A DNA stretch of 63,175 bases from Deltaproteobacteria bacterium (GTDB lineage: Bacteria; Desulfobacterota; Desulfobaccia; Desulfobaccales; 0-14-0-80-60-11). Positions 53,971-62,495 of the stretch are shown piece by piece. The stretch is taken from the NCBI GenBank assembly GCA_026388765.1, contig JAPLJC010000198.1, positions 1 to 63,175 on the forward strand, written 5' to 3'. The stretch's first letter is position 1. Each line of letters begins with the position of its first letter. The translations under genes and the position numbers were made by a program. The notes beneath the pieces are model-generated. The model worked only from the letters and a program-made list of their open reading frames with translations. It searched no databases and was not told the DNA's origin.

Positions 53971-54936
53971 ATGCCTTTGGGGGCTTCCTTGGCCAACCTC
54001 TCCTTGCATCTCAAGCCGGTGCCGCCCTTCCGGCTGGGCCTGACGGTCTGGGTCCTGCGCCGGCGGCCCCACAACCTCATGGACCGCTGGGACGGCGAGA
54101 CCTACCGGCGTGTGCTGCTGATCGGGGACCAGCCGGTGGAGGTGTCCGTCAGCCAAACCGCCCCTCCTGAGGCCCCGGAACTCCTGGTTGAAGCCGAGGG
54201 CGCCGAGCCTGACCCGGAAACCAGCGAGATACTGGCCGCCGCCCTGACCTGGAAGCTGGGGCTGGATATCGACCTGACGGAGTTTTATGGTTTTGCCGCG
54301 CCTGAGCCCCGGTTGCAAGCCCTGGTCCAGGGATTGCGCGGGGTCAAGCCGCCCCGGTTCCCCAACCTTTTCGAGGCCCTGGTCAACGCCATCGCCTGTC
54401 AGCAACTCAGCCTCACCGTGGGCATTCATCTCCTCAACCGCCTGACCCAGGCCTTTGGCGTCTCGTTTCCGGGCGAACTCGGGCCGGCCCAGGCCTTTCC
54501 CCGGCCCTCAGACCTGGCGGGGTTGCAACCTCAGGACCTGCGGGACTTGGGGTTCAGCTATAATAAGGCCCGGACCATTATCGACCTATCCCAAGGCCTG
54601 GTGGCGGGCGAGACGCCCGCCCTACGAAACCTCGCTTCCCTTCCCGATGACGACGCCGTTAAAACCCTGACCCTTCTTAAGGGCATCGGCCGCTGGTCGG
54701 CGGAATATGTCCTGCTACGGGGTCTGGGACGCACCCACCTTTTCCCCGGGGACGACGTGGGGGCCCGCCGCAAGCTGCAGGACTGGCTGAATCTCAAGGA
54801 GCCCTTGGACTACCAGGGGGTGCGTCGGGTGCTGGCCGACTTCCACCCTTATGGCGGCCTCATTTATTTTCATTTTTTGTTGAGTCAACTGGCCGCCGAG
54901 GGGCATCTGGGCGACAGCAAGGGAGGAAGCCGGTGA
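53971..54936 (+). CDS. DNA-3-methyladenine glycosylase 2 family (AlkA-like, HhH-GPD)
   Basis: LLKGIGRWSAEYVLLRGLGRTHLFPGDDVGARRKL. Confidence 0.8.
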   Translation: MPLGASLANLSLHLKPVPPFRLGLTVWVLRRRPHNLMDRWDGETYRRVLLIGDQPVEVSVSQTAPPEAPELLVEAEGAEPDPETSEILAAALTWKLGLDIDLTEFYGFAAPEPRLQALVQGLRGVKPPRFPNLFEALVNAIACQQLSLTVGIHLLNRLTQAFGVSFPGELGPAQAFPRPSDLAGLQPQDLRDLGFSYNKARTIIDLSQGLVAGETPALRNLASLPDDDAVKTLTLLKGIGRWSAEYVLLRGLGRTHLFPGDDVGARRKLQDWLNLKEPLDYQGVRRVLADFHPYGGLIYFHFLLSQLAAEGHLGDSKGGSR

Positions 54937-54958
54937 CACAGATGGGGAGCCGACCCTG

Positions 54959-55477
54959 ATGATGACCATCGGCCACGGCACCCGGCCCCTGGAGGTTTTT
55001 TGTCAAATTTTGCAAACCAATAAAGTGGAGATAGTAGCCGACATCCGCACCGTGCCCCGCTCCCGGCACAATCCTCAGTATAATAAAGACGAGCTGCCCC
55101 AGGCCCTGGCCGCAATGGGAATCGGTTATGTCCATCTCCCGGGTTTGGGTGGTCTGCGCCGTATCCGCCGCGACTCTCCCAACCTAGGCTGGCGCAACGC
55201 CTTTTTACGGGGCTTTGCCGACTACATGCAAACGCCGTGGTTCGAGGAAAACCTGCTGGCCCTCATCGACCTGGCCAAGCAGCAACGCCTGGCCCTGATG
55301 TGCGCCGAAACCGTCCCCTGGCGCTGTCATCGCTCCCTGATCGCCGACGCCCTGACAGTCCGGGGAGTCAAGGTAGAGCATATCCTCAGCGAACACCGCC
55401 TCCAGGAGCACCGCCTCACCAACTTTGCCCGGGTGGAGGGCCTGCGGATCACCTATCCGTTGGAAGAATCACCTTAA
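54959..55477 (+). CDS. DUF488-family protein
   Basis: MMTIGHGTRPLEVFCQILQTNKVEIVADIRTVPRSRHNPQYNKDEL, CAETVPWRCHRSLIAD. Confidence 0.8.
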   Translation: MMTIGHGTRPLEVFCQILQTNKVEIVADIRTVPRSRHNPQYNKDELPQALAAMGIGYVHLPGLGGLRRIRRDSPNLGWRNAFLRGFADYMQTPWFEENLLALIDLAKQQRLALMCAETVPWRCHRSLIADALTVRGVKVEHILSEHRLQEHRLTNFARVEGLRITYPLEESP

Positions 55478-55571
55478 CCCGGATTATTCATGACATTTTT
55501 TAAATCTTGGCTATCTAATTTATATTACTGCTAATTATAAATTGGTTCAAAAAGCAGAGTGTTTTTATGGA

Positions 55572-55597
55572 GAACAGCCGCCCTCGGCTGTTCTTTT
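55572..55597 (+). terminator. rho-independent terminator
   Basis: GAACAGCCG-ccct-CGGCTGTTC followed by TTTTG. A second hairpin GCAGGCG-agg-GCGCCTGC lies at 55598-55615. Confidence 0.6.
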
Positions 55598-55799
55598 GCA
55601 GGCGAGGGCGCCTGCTCTCCATTTTCTTGATTCTGAGATGATCTTATCTAAATTTTCCGGACTAATGGCTGACTTGACCTGAACCAAAGGTAGCCCGACG
55701 AACTGAAAATTGATAACATATTTTTTTGGGTAGCCGCAGGCTTTACCGTGAGAACAAAATCCCCCTAAATCCCCCTTTTCTAAAGGGTGACTTTAAAAC

Positions 55800-55820
55800 C
55801 CCCCCTTTGAAAAAGGGGGG
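55800..55820. repeat. C6T3/A3G6 hairpin next to AAATCCCCC direct repeats
   Basis: CCCCCCTTT-gaa-AAAGGGGGG. It is preceded by aaatccccctaaatccccc (about 55757-55775) and followed by caggggggatttt. Confidence 0.5.
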
Positions 55821-55835
55821 CAGGGGGGATTTTCA

Positions 55836-56678
55836 TTGCCGGCGGATGACCGATATCGGGCCTGGGCGTTTGGCCTGCGCCAGTACGGAAGGTTATTGGA
55901 CTTGGAAGATAAAGCAAAATCGCCCCCCGCCGGGCTGGATGAATTCGCCTATTTCGGCTATCAGCCGGTGGCCGCGGCGGAAAAAGAAAAGTTGGTGCAC
56001 CAGCATTTCGACACGGTATCCGCCCGCTACGACTTCATGAACACCCTGCTGAGCTTCGGGCTCCATCATCCGTGGAAATGGACCGCGGTGCGGCTCATGG
56101 GGCTCAAGGCCGGGGATCGGGTCCTCGACGTCTGCGGCGGCACCGCCGACCTGGCCCTCCTGGCCGCTAAAAAGGTGGGGCCCGCCGGCCGGGTGCTGGT
56201 CTACGACATCAACCGGGCCATGATGGCGGCAGGTCGCCCCAAGGTAGCCCGGGCCGGCTTGGCCTCCCGCATCGCCTTTCTCCAGGGGGACGCCGAGCGG
56301 CTGGCCTGCCCCGATGAGAGCTTCGACGCGGCCATGGTGGGCTTCGGCATCCGCAACCTGACCCACCCGGAACTGGGTTTTAAGGAGATGCACCGGGTCC
56401 TGAAGTCCGGCGGCCAGCTTATGTGCCTGGAATTTTCCCAACCAGTCACCTATTGGTTCCGGCGGCTCTACGACTGCTATTCCTTTTACCTCATGCCCCT
56501 GCTGGGCCGGCTCTTCGTGGGCTCCTGGCAGGCCTACACCTATCTGCCGGAGTCCATCCGCATGTTCGCCCACCCGGAGGAGGTCTCGGCCACCCTGGCT
56601 GGCCTGGGGTTCTCCGGGGTCCGGTACCGCCGCCTCACCAACGGCATCGCGGTGATCCACCTGGCGGTGAAGGCATGA
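55836..56678 (+). CDS. ubiE: demethylmenaquinone/ubiquinone C-methyltransferase
   Basis: FGYQPVAAAEKEKLVHQHFDTVSARYDFMNTLLSFGLHHPWK, VLDVCGGTADLAL. There is no in-frame ATG upstream of the conserved N-terminus; TTG candidates are 55836, 55896 and 55902. Confidence 0.88.
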   Translation: MPADDRYRAWAFGLRQYGRLLDLEDKAKSPPAGLDEFAYFGYQPVAAAEKEKLVHQHFDTVSARYDFMNTLLSFGLHHPWKWTAVRLMGLKAGDRVLDVCGGTADLALLAAKKVGPAGRVLVYDINRAMMAAGRPKVARAGLASRIAFLQGDAERLACPDESFDAAMVGFGIRNLTHPELGFKEMHRVLKSGGQLMCLEFSQPVTYWFRRLYDCYSFYLMPLLGRLFVGSWQAYTYLPESIRMFAHPEEVSATLAGLGFSGVRYRRLTNGIAVIHLAVKA

Positions 56679-57289
56679 AGCTCAACTGGGCCGAGCGCCT
56701 CATCGTCAACAATCCGGTGCGGGTCATGATCCAGCGCCGGATCGTCAAGTGGGTCGGCCGGACCGTGGCGCCGGACCCGGCCGCCAGGGTTCTGGAAGTG
56801 GGTTGCGGCCGGGGCGCCGGGGCCTGCCTCCTGCTGGAAAAATTTCAACCGGCCATCCTCCACGCCCTGGACCTGGACCACCGCATGATCCGGCAGGCCA
56901 TGACCTATCTGAATCCGGAGCAAAAACGCCGCATCTCCCTGTATGTGGGAGACGTCTTCCGCCTCCCATACCGGGACGCCGTCCTGGACGGGGTCTTCGG
57001 CTTCGGGGTGCTGCACCACCTGCCCGACTGGCGGGAGGGGTTGCGTGAGATCGCCCGGGTTTTGAAACCCGGGGGCTTCTATTTCCTGGAGGAGTTTTAC
57101 CCTCAATTTTATCAGAATTTTCTGGCCAAGCGCCTCTTCCTGCACCCGGAACACGACCGCTTTTACAGCCACGAGCTGCGCCAAGCCCTAAAGGATTGCG
57201 GCCTCTCCCTCCAGCAACGCCTGGAGCAGAAGCAGTTGGGTATTTTGGCGGTGGTGGTTAAAGACAGGGGGAAAGGGGGAAAAGGTTAA
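56675..57289 (+). CDS. class I SAM-dependent methyltransferase, translationally coupled to ubiE
   Basis: ATG 56675 overlaps the ubiE TGA (ATGA). VLEVGCGRGAGACLLLEKF, LDGVFGFGVLHHL. The track ORF from 56423 is an upstream extension. Confidence 0.8.
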   Translation: MKLNWAERLIVNNPVRVMIQRRIVKWVGRTVAPDPAARVLEVGCGRGAGACLLLEKFQPAILHALDLDHRMIRQAMTYLNPEQKRRISLYVGDVFRLPYRDAVLDGVFGFGVLHHLPDWREGLREIARVLKPGGFYFLEEFYPQFYQNFLAKRLFLHPEHDRFYSHELRQALKDCGLSLQQRLEQKQLGILAVVVKDRGKGGKG

Positions 57290-57443
57290 ACGGGGAAAAG
57301 GTAAAAAATAAGATCGACTTCTCCTGTCCGTTAGCCTTTATGGATCGGAATTGTGGCGAAAATGGTGCGTGAAACGCACCCTACGGCGCCGCCCTATCAA
57401 ACTGCTTCCCGTTTCCCCTTTTCCCCTTTTAACCCTTTCCCCC
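57267..57443. repeat. MITE-like element: purine-rich and pyrimidine-rich terminal inverted repeats enclosing a REP-like hairpin
   Basis: The left arm gggggaaagggggaaaaggttaaacggggaaaagg starts at 57267. The right arm cttcccgtttccccttttccccttttaaccctttccccc ends at 57443; the outermost 11 nt are exact complements. Internal hairpin GGTGCGT-gaa-ACGCACC followed by CTAC at 57364-57384. The left arm encodes the methyltransferase tail KDRGKGGKG-stop. Confidence 0.6.
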
Positions 57444-57571
57444 AAGCCCCAAAATGACTATTCCTTTTTAAAAGGGCCAGGAGAATTATTCCTTCCGATA
57501 TTCCCCCAGTGAGATCAACCCCCTCCGGCCTCGCCTGTCGCACCTAAGTTTATCTATAGAAAGGAGACCAG

Positions 57572-58534
57572 ATGAAGGCCATTAGAGTCCACGAATTTGG
57601 CGAGCCCGAGGTTATGCGTCTGGAAGAAGTCTCGGAGCCCCGGCCGGGCGCCGGCCAGGTTCTGGTTCAGGTCCACGCCGTGGGGGTCAATCCGGTGGAA
57701 ACCTACATCCGGGCCGGGGCCTATGCCGCCGCCCCGCCCCTGCCCTACACCCCCGGCACCGACGCTGGCGGGGTGGTGGCGGCGGTGGGCCCGGGGGTCA
57801 AAAGGGTGGCCCCCGGCGACCGGGTCTATACCTCCTATACCTTGAGCGGTTCCTATGCCGAGAAAACCCTATGCCTGGAGTCCCAGGTACATCCCCTGCC
57901 GCCCCAGGTCTCATTTGCCCAGGGTGCTGGAGTGAACGTGCCCTATGCCGCGGCTTACCGGGCCCTGTTTCAGCGGGCCAAGGCGACTCCGGGCGAAGTG
58001 GTGCTGGTTCATGGGGCCAGCGGCGGCGTGGGGGTGGCCGCCACGCAGTTGGGCCGGGCCGCGGGCCTGACCGTCATCGGCACCGCCGGCACCGATTCAG
58101 GCCGGCGCCTGGCGGCCGAGCAAGGAGCGCACCACGTCCTGGACCACTACGCCCCCGAGCACTTACAGAAAATCATGGAACTCACTGAAAATCGCGGCGT
58201 GGATGTCATTCTGGAGATGTTGGCCAACGTCAATCTGGGCCGGGACCTGGAGGTCCTGGCCAGCGGCGGCCGGGTGGTGGTCATCGGCAGCCGGGGCCCG
58301 GTGACCATCGACCCCCGCCTTACCATCCCACGTGAGGCCAACATCCTGGGGATGTACATCTGGGGCGCTACTGATAAGGAGGCCATGAGCCTGCATGCGG
58401 CCCTGGGCGCCGGCCTGGCCAACGGCACCCTCAAGCCCGCGGTGGGCCGGGAACTGCCGTTGGCCGAAGCGGCCAGGGCTCATCATGAAATCATGGAGAC
58501 CAAGGCGTTCGGGAAAATTATCTTGATCCCCTGA
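57572..58534 (+). CDS. qor: NADPH:quinone oxidoreductase (zeta-crystallin/MDR family)
   Basis: MKAIRVHEFGEPEVMRLEEV, VHAVGVNPVETYIRAG, VLVHGASGGVGVAATQL. Confidence 0.85.
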   Translation: MKAIRVHEFGEPEVMRLEEVSEPRPGAGQVLVQVHAVGVNPVETYIRAGAYAAAPPLPYTPGTDAGGVVAAVGPGVKRVAPGDRVYTSYTLSGSYAEKTLCLESQVHPLPPQVSFAQGAGVNVPYAAAYRALFQRAKATPGEVVLVHGASGGVGVAATQLGRAAGLTVIGTAGTDSGRRLAAEQGAHHVLDHYAPEHLQKIMELTENRGVDVILEMLANVNLGRDLEVLASGGRVVVIGSRGPVTIDPRLTIPREANILGMYIWGATDKEAMSLHAALGAGLANGTLKPAVGRELPLAEAARAHHEIMETKAFGKIILIP

Positions 58535-58541
58535 TGCGGCC

Positions 58542-59879
58542 TCAAGCTCGGGACAGGCCGTACTTCTTCATCTTGCGCCAGAGGGTGGTGCGGGGCAAGG
58601 CCAGGATGCGGGCGGACTCCCCCAGGTGGTATTGGGTGATCTTGAGGACCTTGTGGATATAGGCCTTTTCCTGCTCCTCCAGGGTGGACCAGTGGTCGGG
58701 GCGGCCGGCGGCCAATTCCTGCAGATCCAGGGGCAAGTCCGTTAGGGTGAGCTCCTCGCCCTCAGCCAGGGCCACGGCCCGCTCCAGGATGTTTTGCAAT
58801 TCCCGCACGTTGCCGGGATAGGCATAGTCCCGCAGCACCGCCAGCGCCTCCCGGTCCAGGCCCCGGATCTTCTTGGCGAACCGGTGGCTGAACAGATTCA
58901 AGAAATGCTGGAGCAGCAGCGGGATGTCCTCCTGGCGCTCCAACAGACGGGGGAGGGTGATCTGCACCACATTGAGGCGGAAATAGAGGTCTTCCCGGAA
59001 GCGGCCTTCGGCCACGGCCCTTTTTAAGTCCTTGTTGGTGGCGGCGAGGAAGCGCAGGTCCAGTTGGATGGGCTTGTTGCTGCCCACCCGGGAGATGCGG
59101 TGCTCCTGGATGACCCGCAGGAGCTTGCCCTGCATGGACGGGGGCATGTCCCCGATTTCGTCCATGAATACCGTGCCCCGGTGGGCCGTCTCCAGGATGC
59201 CGATCTTGGTGGCGATGGCCCCGGTGAAGGCGCCCCGTTCATAGCCGAAGAGCTCGCTGGCGATGAGGTCCTCGGTAAAGCCGCCGCAGTTGAAGGCCAT
59301 GAAGGGCCGGTCCCGCCGGGGGCTCTCCCGGTGAATCAGCCGGGCCACCAGCTCTTTGCCGGTGCCGCTCTCCCCCTGGATGATGACACTGCAGTTAAGG
59401 GGGGCCACCTTGCGGATGACGGTGAAGACCTCCTTCATCTTGGGGCTCACCCCGATCATCTCTCCGAAGCCTTCCAGGGGTTCCAGACGGGCCTTGAGGT
59501 TGCGGTTCTCCTCCAGCAGCCGCTTGCGGTCCAGCACCAGGCGGGTCAGATTCCTGACCTCCTCCAACTTCAGAGGCTTGGAGAGGTAATGGAAGGCGCC
59601 GTCCTTGATGGCGCCGATCGCGGCGTTAAGTTCGGCGTGGCCGGTGATCATGATCACGTCGGTCTCAGGCAGGCGGGCCTTCACCCGGCGCAAGACCTCC
59701 ATGCCGTCGAGGCCGGGCAGGACTACATCAAGAAAGATGAGATCGAAGGGACGCCGTTCAAGTTCCCGGAGAAGTTCCTCCCCAGAGGCGTAGGTCGCCA
59801 CCAGATGCCCTTCTTTTTCCAGGGCCCCTTTCAGCCTCTTTTGGACGATGACTTCGTCATCCACTACGGCGATCGTCAT
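58542..59879 (-). CDS. sigma-54-dependent response regulator (NtrC/AtoC family bEBP)
   Basis: ATG 59879 (MTIAVVDDEVIV) has a [46 protein letters not shown]. The track start at 59972 overlaps the kinase gene. Confidence 0.9.
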   Translation of the reverse strand: MTIAVVDDEVIVQKRLKGALEKEGHLVATYASGEELLRELERRPFDLIFLDVVLPGLDGMEVLRRVKARLPETDVIMITGHAELNAAIGAIKDGAFHYLSKPLKLEEVRNLTRLVLDRKRLLEENRNLKARLEPLEGFGEMIGVSPKMKEVFTVIRKVAPLNCSVIIQGESGTGKELVARLIHRESPRRDRPFMAFNCGGFTEDLIASELFGYERGAFTGAIATKIGILETAHRGTVFMDEIGDMPPSMQGKLLRVIQEHRISRVGSNKPIQLDLRFLAATNKDLKRAVAEGRFREDLYFRLNVVQITLPRLLERQEDIPLLLQHFLNLFSHRFAKKIRGLDREALAVLRDYAYPGNVRELQNILERAVALAEGEELTLTDLPLDLQELAAGRPDHWSTLEEQEKAYIHKVLKITQYHLGESARILALPRTTLWRKMKKYGLSRA

Positions 59880-59889
59880 TGATTCCTCT

Positions 59890-61329
59890 TCAGCTTTCCC
59901 GGGAGAGCGGCAGCGCCACGGTGAAGGTCGACCCTTTGCCTTTTTGGCTCTCCACCTCGAGGTGGCCGCCATGTTTTTCCACGATGCCGTAGGTCACGGA
60001 GAGACCCAGGCCCGTACCCCGGCCCACCTGTTTGGTGGTGTAAAAGGGGTCGAAGATGCGGGGCAGGTGCTCGGCGGGGATGCCGATGCCGGTATCCTTC
60101 ACCTCCACCTTCAGCCATTCCCCGTCCTGGCTGGGGTAGGCCCGGATGGTGAGGCTGCCGCCGTCCAACATGGCCTGGATGGCGTTGATGAAGAGGTTGA
60201 GAAAGACCTGCTGCAGGCTCTTGCGATCCCCGTGCACCATGGGCAAATTCGAGGGCAGGTTCGCCTCCACTTGGATGCCGGATAGCGACAACTGATTGCG
60301 CACCAGCTTCAGGGTTTCCTGGATGACCCCGGCAATGGACAGGGGCTCGAACTCGGGGTGCTCCGACCGGGAAAAGTCCAGGAGGCCTTTGACGATCTCC
60401 GAGGCCCGCTCCGCTTGCGCCAGAATATCCTGGATCAGCCCCAGGGCCTCTTCCTGGCTCACCTCCCGGAAGTCCTCCTTGAGGGCCTCGGCGGTGAGGA
60501 CGATGTTGTTGATGGGATTGTTGAGTTCATGGGCGATGCCCGAGGTCAGGGTGCCCACCGCGGCGATCTTCCGGGATTGCACTAGCTCATCTTGGTGCAC
60601 CTCCAGTTCATGGATCATCCGGTTGAAGGCCCGGAACAGGGCAAAGAATTCTTCTGAAGAAGACTCCGGCTGGGGAATGGGGGAGAAGTCGCCGTGAGCG
60701 ATCTTGTCCATGGCCCGTTGCATCTGGAAGAGGGGCCGCACCAGCATGCGGGTGAGGTAGAAGGTCGCCATGACACCCAAGGCCAGGAAGACTACCACTG
60801 AGCCGACGAACAGCCCCATGGCCCGCTGGAAGAGCCGGTCGATCTCGAGCCTCTCTTCCTTTTCCCACCTCTCGGTCAGGTTCAGCAGCTCCTGCCCCAA
60901 ATTGCGCAGGGTTTCTTCTTCGACGGCAAAATTGCTGCTGCCGGCTGCCTGCTTTTGGAAACTGGCTTCAATCTGCCCCAAAACTTCCTGGTATCGGGTC
61001 AGGGTCTTGTAAAACTCGGGCGCCTGGGGATCTTTCTTCAGTCGTAAGATCTCAGCGGCATGGCTCAGGTAAAGCTCAGCAACGTGATTGGTGTAATCCC
61101 GCGCTTCCTGGAGACTGGTGGGCTGATGATAGAGAAAGAAATTCTTCTCGAAGCGACGAGTCTCAAGCAGACTCTGAAACAAGTCGCCGGTGAGTTCCAG
61201 CAAACGCAGCCGGTGACCGATTTCCCGGTGCACCTGAAAGCTGAACACCGCGAACACCAGCACCGCCAGGACGCTGAACAGGAAGGCCAGAAGGATCTTG
61301 CGCCGGATCTTGTAGGTGGCTTTTTTCAT
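59890..61329 (-). CDS. membrane sensor histidine kinase (periplasmic/HAMP/HisKA/HATPase)
   Basis: N-terminal TM ILLAFLFSVLAVLVFAVFSF and second TM VGSVVVFLALGVMATFYL. HAMP, H-box GIAHELNNPINNI, DTGIGIP, GTGLGLS. Confidence 0.88.
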   Translation of the reverse strand: MKKATYKIRRKILLAFLFSVLAVLVFAVFSFQVHREIGHRLRLLELTGDLFQSLLETRRFEKNFFLYHQPTSLQEARDYTNHVAELYLSHAAEILRLKKDPQAPEFYKTLTRYQEVLGQIEASFQKQAAGSSNFAVEEETLRNLGQELLNLTERWEKEERLEIDRLFQRAMGLFVGSVVVFLALGVMATFYLTRMLVRPLFQMQRAMDKIAHGDFSPIPQPESSSEEFFALFRAFNRMIHELEVHQDELVQSRKIAAVGTLTSGIAHELNNPINNIVLTAEALKEDFREVSQEEALGLIQDILAQAERASEIVKGLLDFSRSEHPEFEPLSIAGVIQETLKLVRNQLSLSGIQVEANLPSNLPMVHGDRKSLQQVFLNLFINAIQAMLDGGSLTIRAYPSQDGEWLKVEVKDTGIGIPAEHLPRIFDPFYTTKQVGRGTGLGLSVTYGIVEKHGGHLEVESQKGKGSTFTVALPLSRES

Positions 61330-61451
61330 AAAGAATTTTTCTCTATTAGGCTGACAAAATTTATCAAGGGCCGGCAGTCAAGGCAAGAAAAATAGTTTCA
61401 GATTGAAACAATTATTAACAATCCCCCAGGATAATCTCGGAGACCGGCAGC

Positions 61452-61482
61452 AAAAAGAAAAGGTGGCTTCAAAAGCCACCTT
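61452..61482 (-). terminator. rho-independent terminator after the TPR gene
   Basis: Minus-strand RNA AAGGUGGCUU-UUG-AAGCCACCUU followed by UUCUUUUUG. Confidence 0.75.
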
Positions 61483-61533
61483 AACCGGAGATTTCCAGGT
61501 TTTTTGGAAGTGCTTCAGCTTTTGACGGGTGCT

Positions 61534-62493
61534 TTAGGTGCCGCCTTGATGGGTCTGGTGTAACTTTTCCAGAGCCCGCTGCAGGTTGGCCTTGGCTTCG
61601 TCGTAAAAAGTGGGCCTCAATTCAATGGCTCGCTGAAAGCACTTGGCCGCATCTTCGTATTGACCGGCCATAAAATAGTGCACGCCGATATTATTGCAGG
61701 CCTGGGCCTCGTCTCCGGCCTTCAAGAAGGCATCCATGGCTTCGGTATAGCGCTTATCCCCGGCCAGGGCCATCCCCAACTGGTGGTTCAATTTCTGGTT
61801 TTTCGGGTCCACTGACAGACCCTGTTTCAAGCAGGCTATGGCCTTTGGATAATCCTTCATTTTCGTGTAGGCCTGCCCCAGGGCGATATAGCTGGCCACC
61901 TGGCGTCGGTCTAATTCCACGGCCCGCTTGAGTTCGGCCACGGCCTTGGCGGACTGGCCCGCCTCCAGGTAAGTAACCCCCAGGAGGTGCCGGGATTTGA
62001 CTCGCCCCGGCTCTTGAGACAAAACCAACTGGAATTCCTCGATGGCCAGGGGGTACTTTTTCTCCTGCAGGTGCACCAACCCCAGAGCCTCGTGGGCCTG
62101 AAGCATTTCCGGCTGGTGCACCAGGACCAGGGCCAGTTCCTTTCGGGCCGCTTCAAACTGGCCGGCGATCAGAAAAATCACCCCAACCTTGTAATGCAGG
62201 TCATAACGCTGGGGATTCTTCTTGAGAATCTCCATAAAATTGATCAGGGAGCTCTCATAATCCCCTGATTGCAGGGCTATCTCCCCCAGGGACTCCAGGC
62301 GGTCCTGGGGCAGGCCCTCCTTATCTGCCCGGCTCATCTTAAGTTTTTTCCAGGGGTCATTGGCCTCCGCCAGTTTGGCGGTGGGGTCTGACGACGTGGA
62401 GGTCAGGGAATTATTGTCTTTGACACAATTGCTCAGTAACAGCGGTAAGGTCAAAAACAAAGCGATACTGACCAAAAGCTTGATTCGCGGCAT
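61534..62493 (-). CDS. tetratricopeptide-repeat lipoprotein
   Basis: Signal peptide plus lipobox LLLSNC, then multiple TPR units (AIEEFQLVLSQEPGRVKSRHLLGVTYLEAGQSAKAVAELKRAVELD and others). Confidence 0.8.
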   Translation of the reverse strand: MPRIKLLVSIALFLTLPLLLSNCVKDNNSLTSTSSDPTAKLAEANDPWKKLKMSRADKEGLPQDRLESLGEIALQSGDYESSLINFMEILKKNPQRYDLHYKVGVIFLIAGQFEAARKELALVLVHQPEMLQAHEALGLVHLQEKKYPLAIEEFQLVLSQEPGRVKSRHLLGVTYLEAGQSAKAVAELKRAVELDRRQVASYIALGQAYTKMKDYPKAIACLKQGLSVDPKNQKLNHQLGMALAGDKRYTEAMDAFLKAGDEAQACNNIGVHYFMAGQYEDAAKCFQRAIELRPTFYDEAKANLQRALEKLHQTHQGGT

Positions 62494-62495
62494 TG

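Noticed and set aside
55726-56040. 104-aa ORF reading ...KIPLNPPFLKGDFKTPPLKKGGRGDF...
   Set aside because: That peptide is simply the translation of the C-run/G-run hairpin repeats. The ORF is out of frame with, and overlaps, the well-supported ubiE frame.
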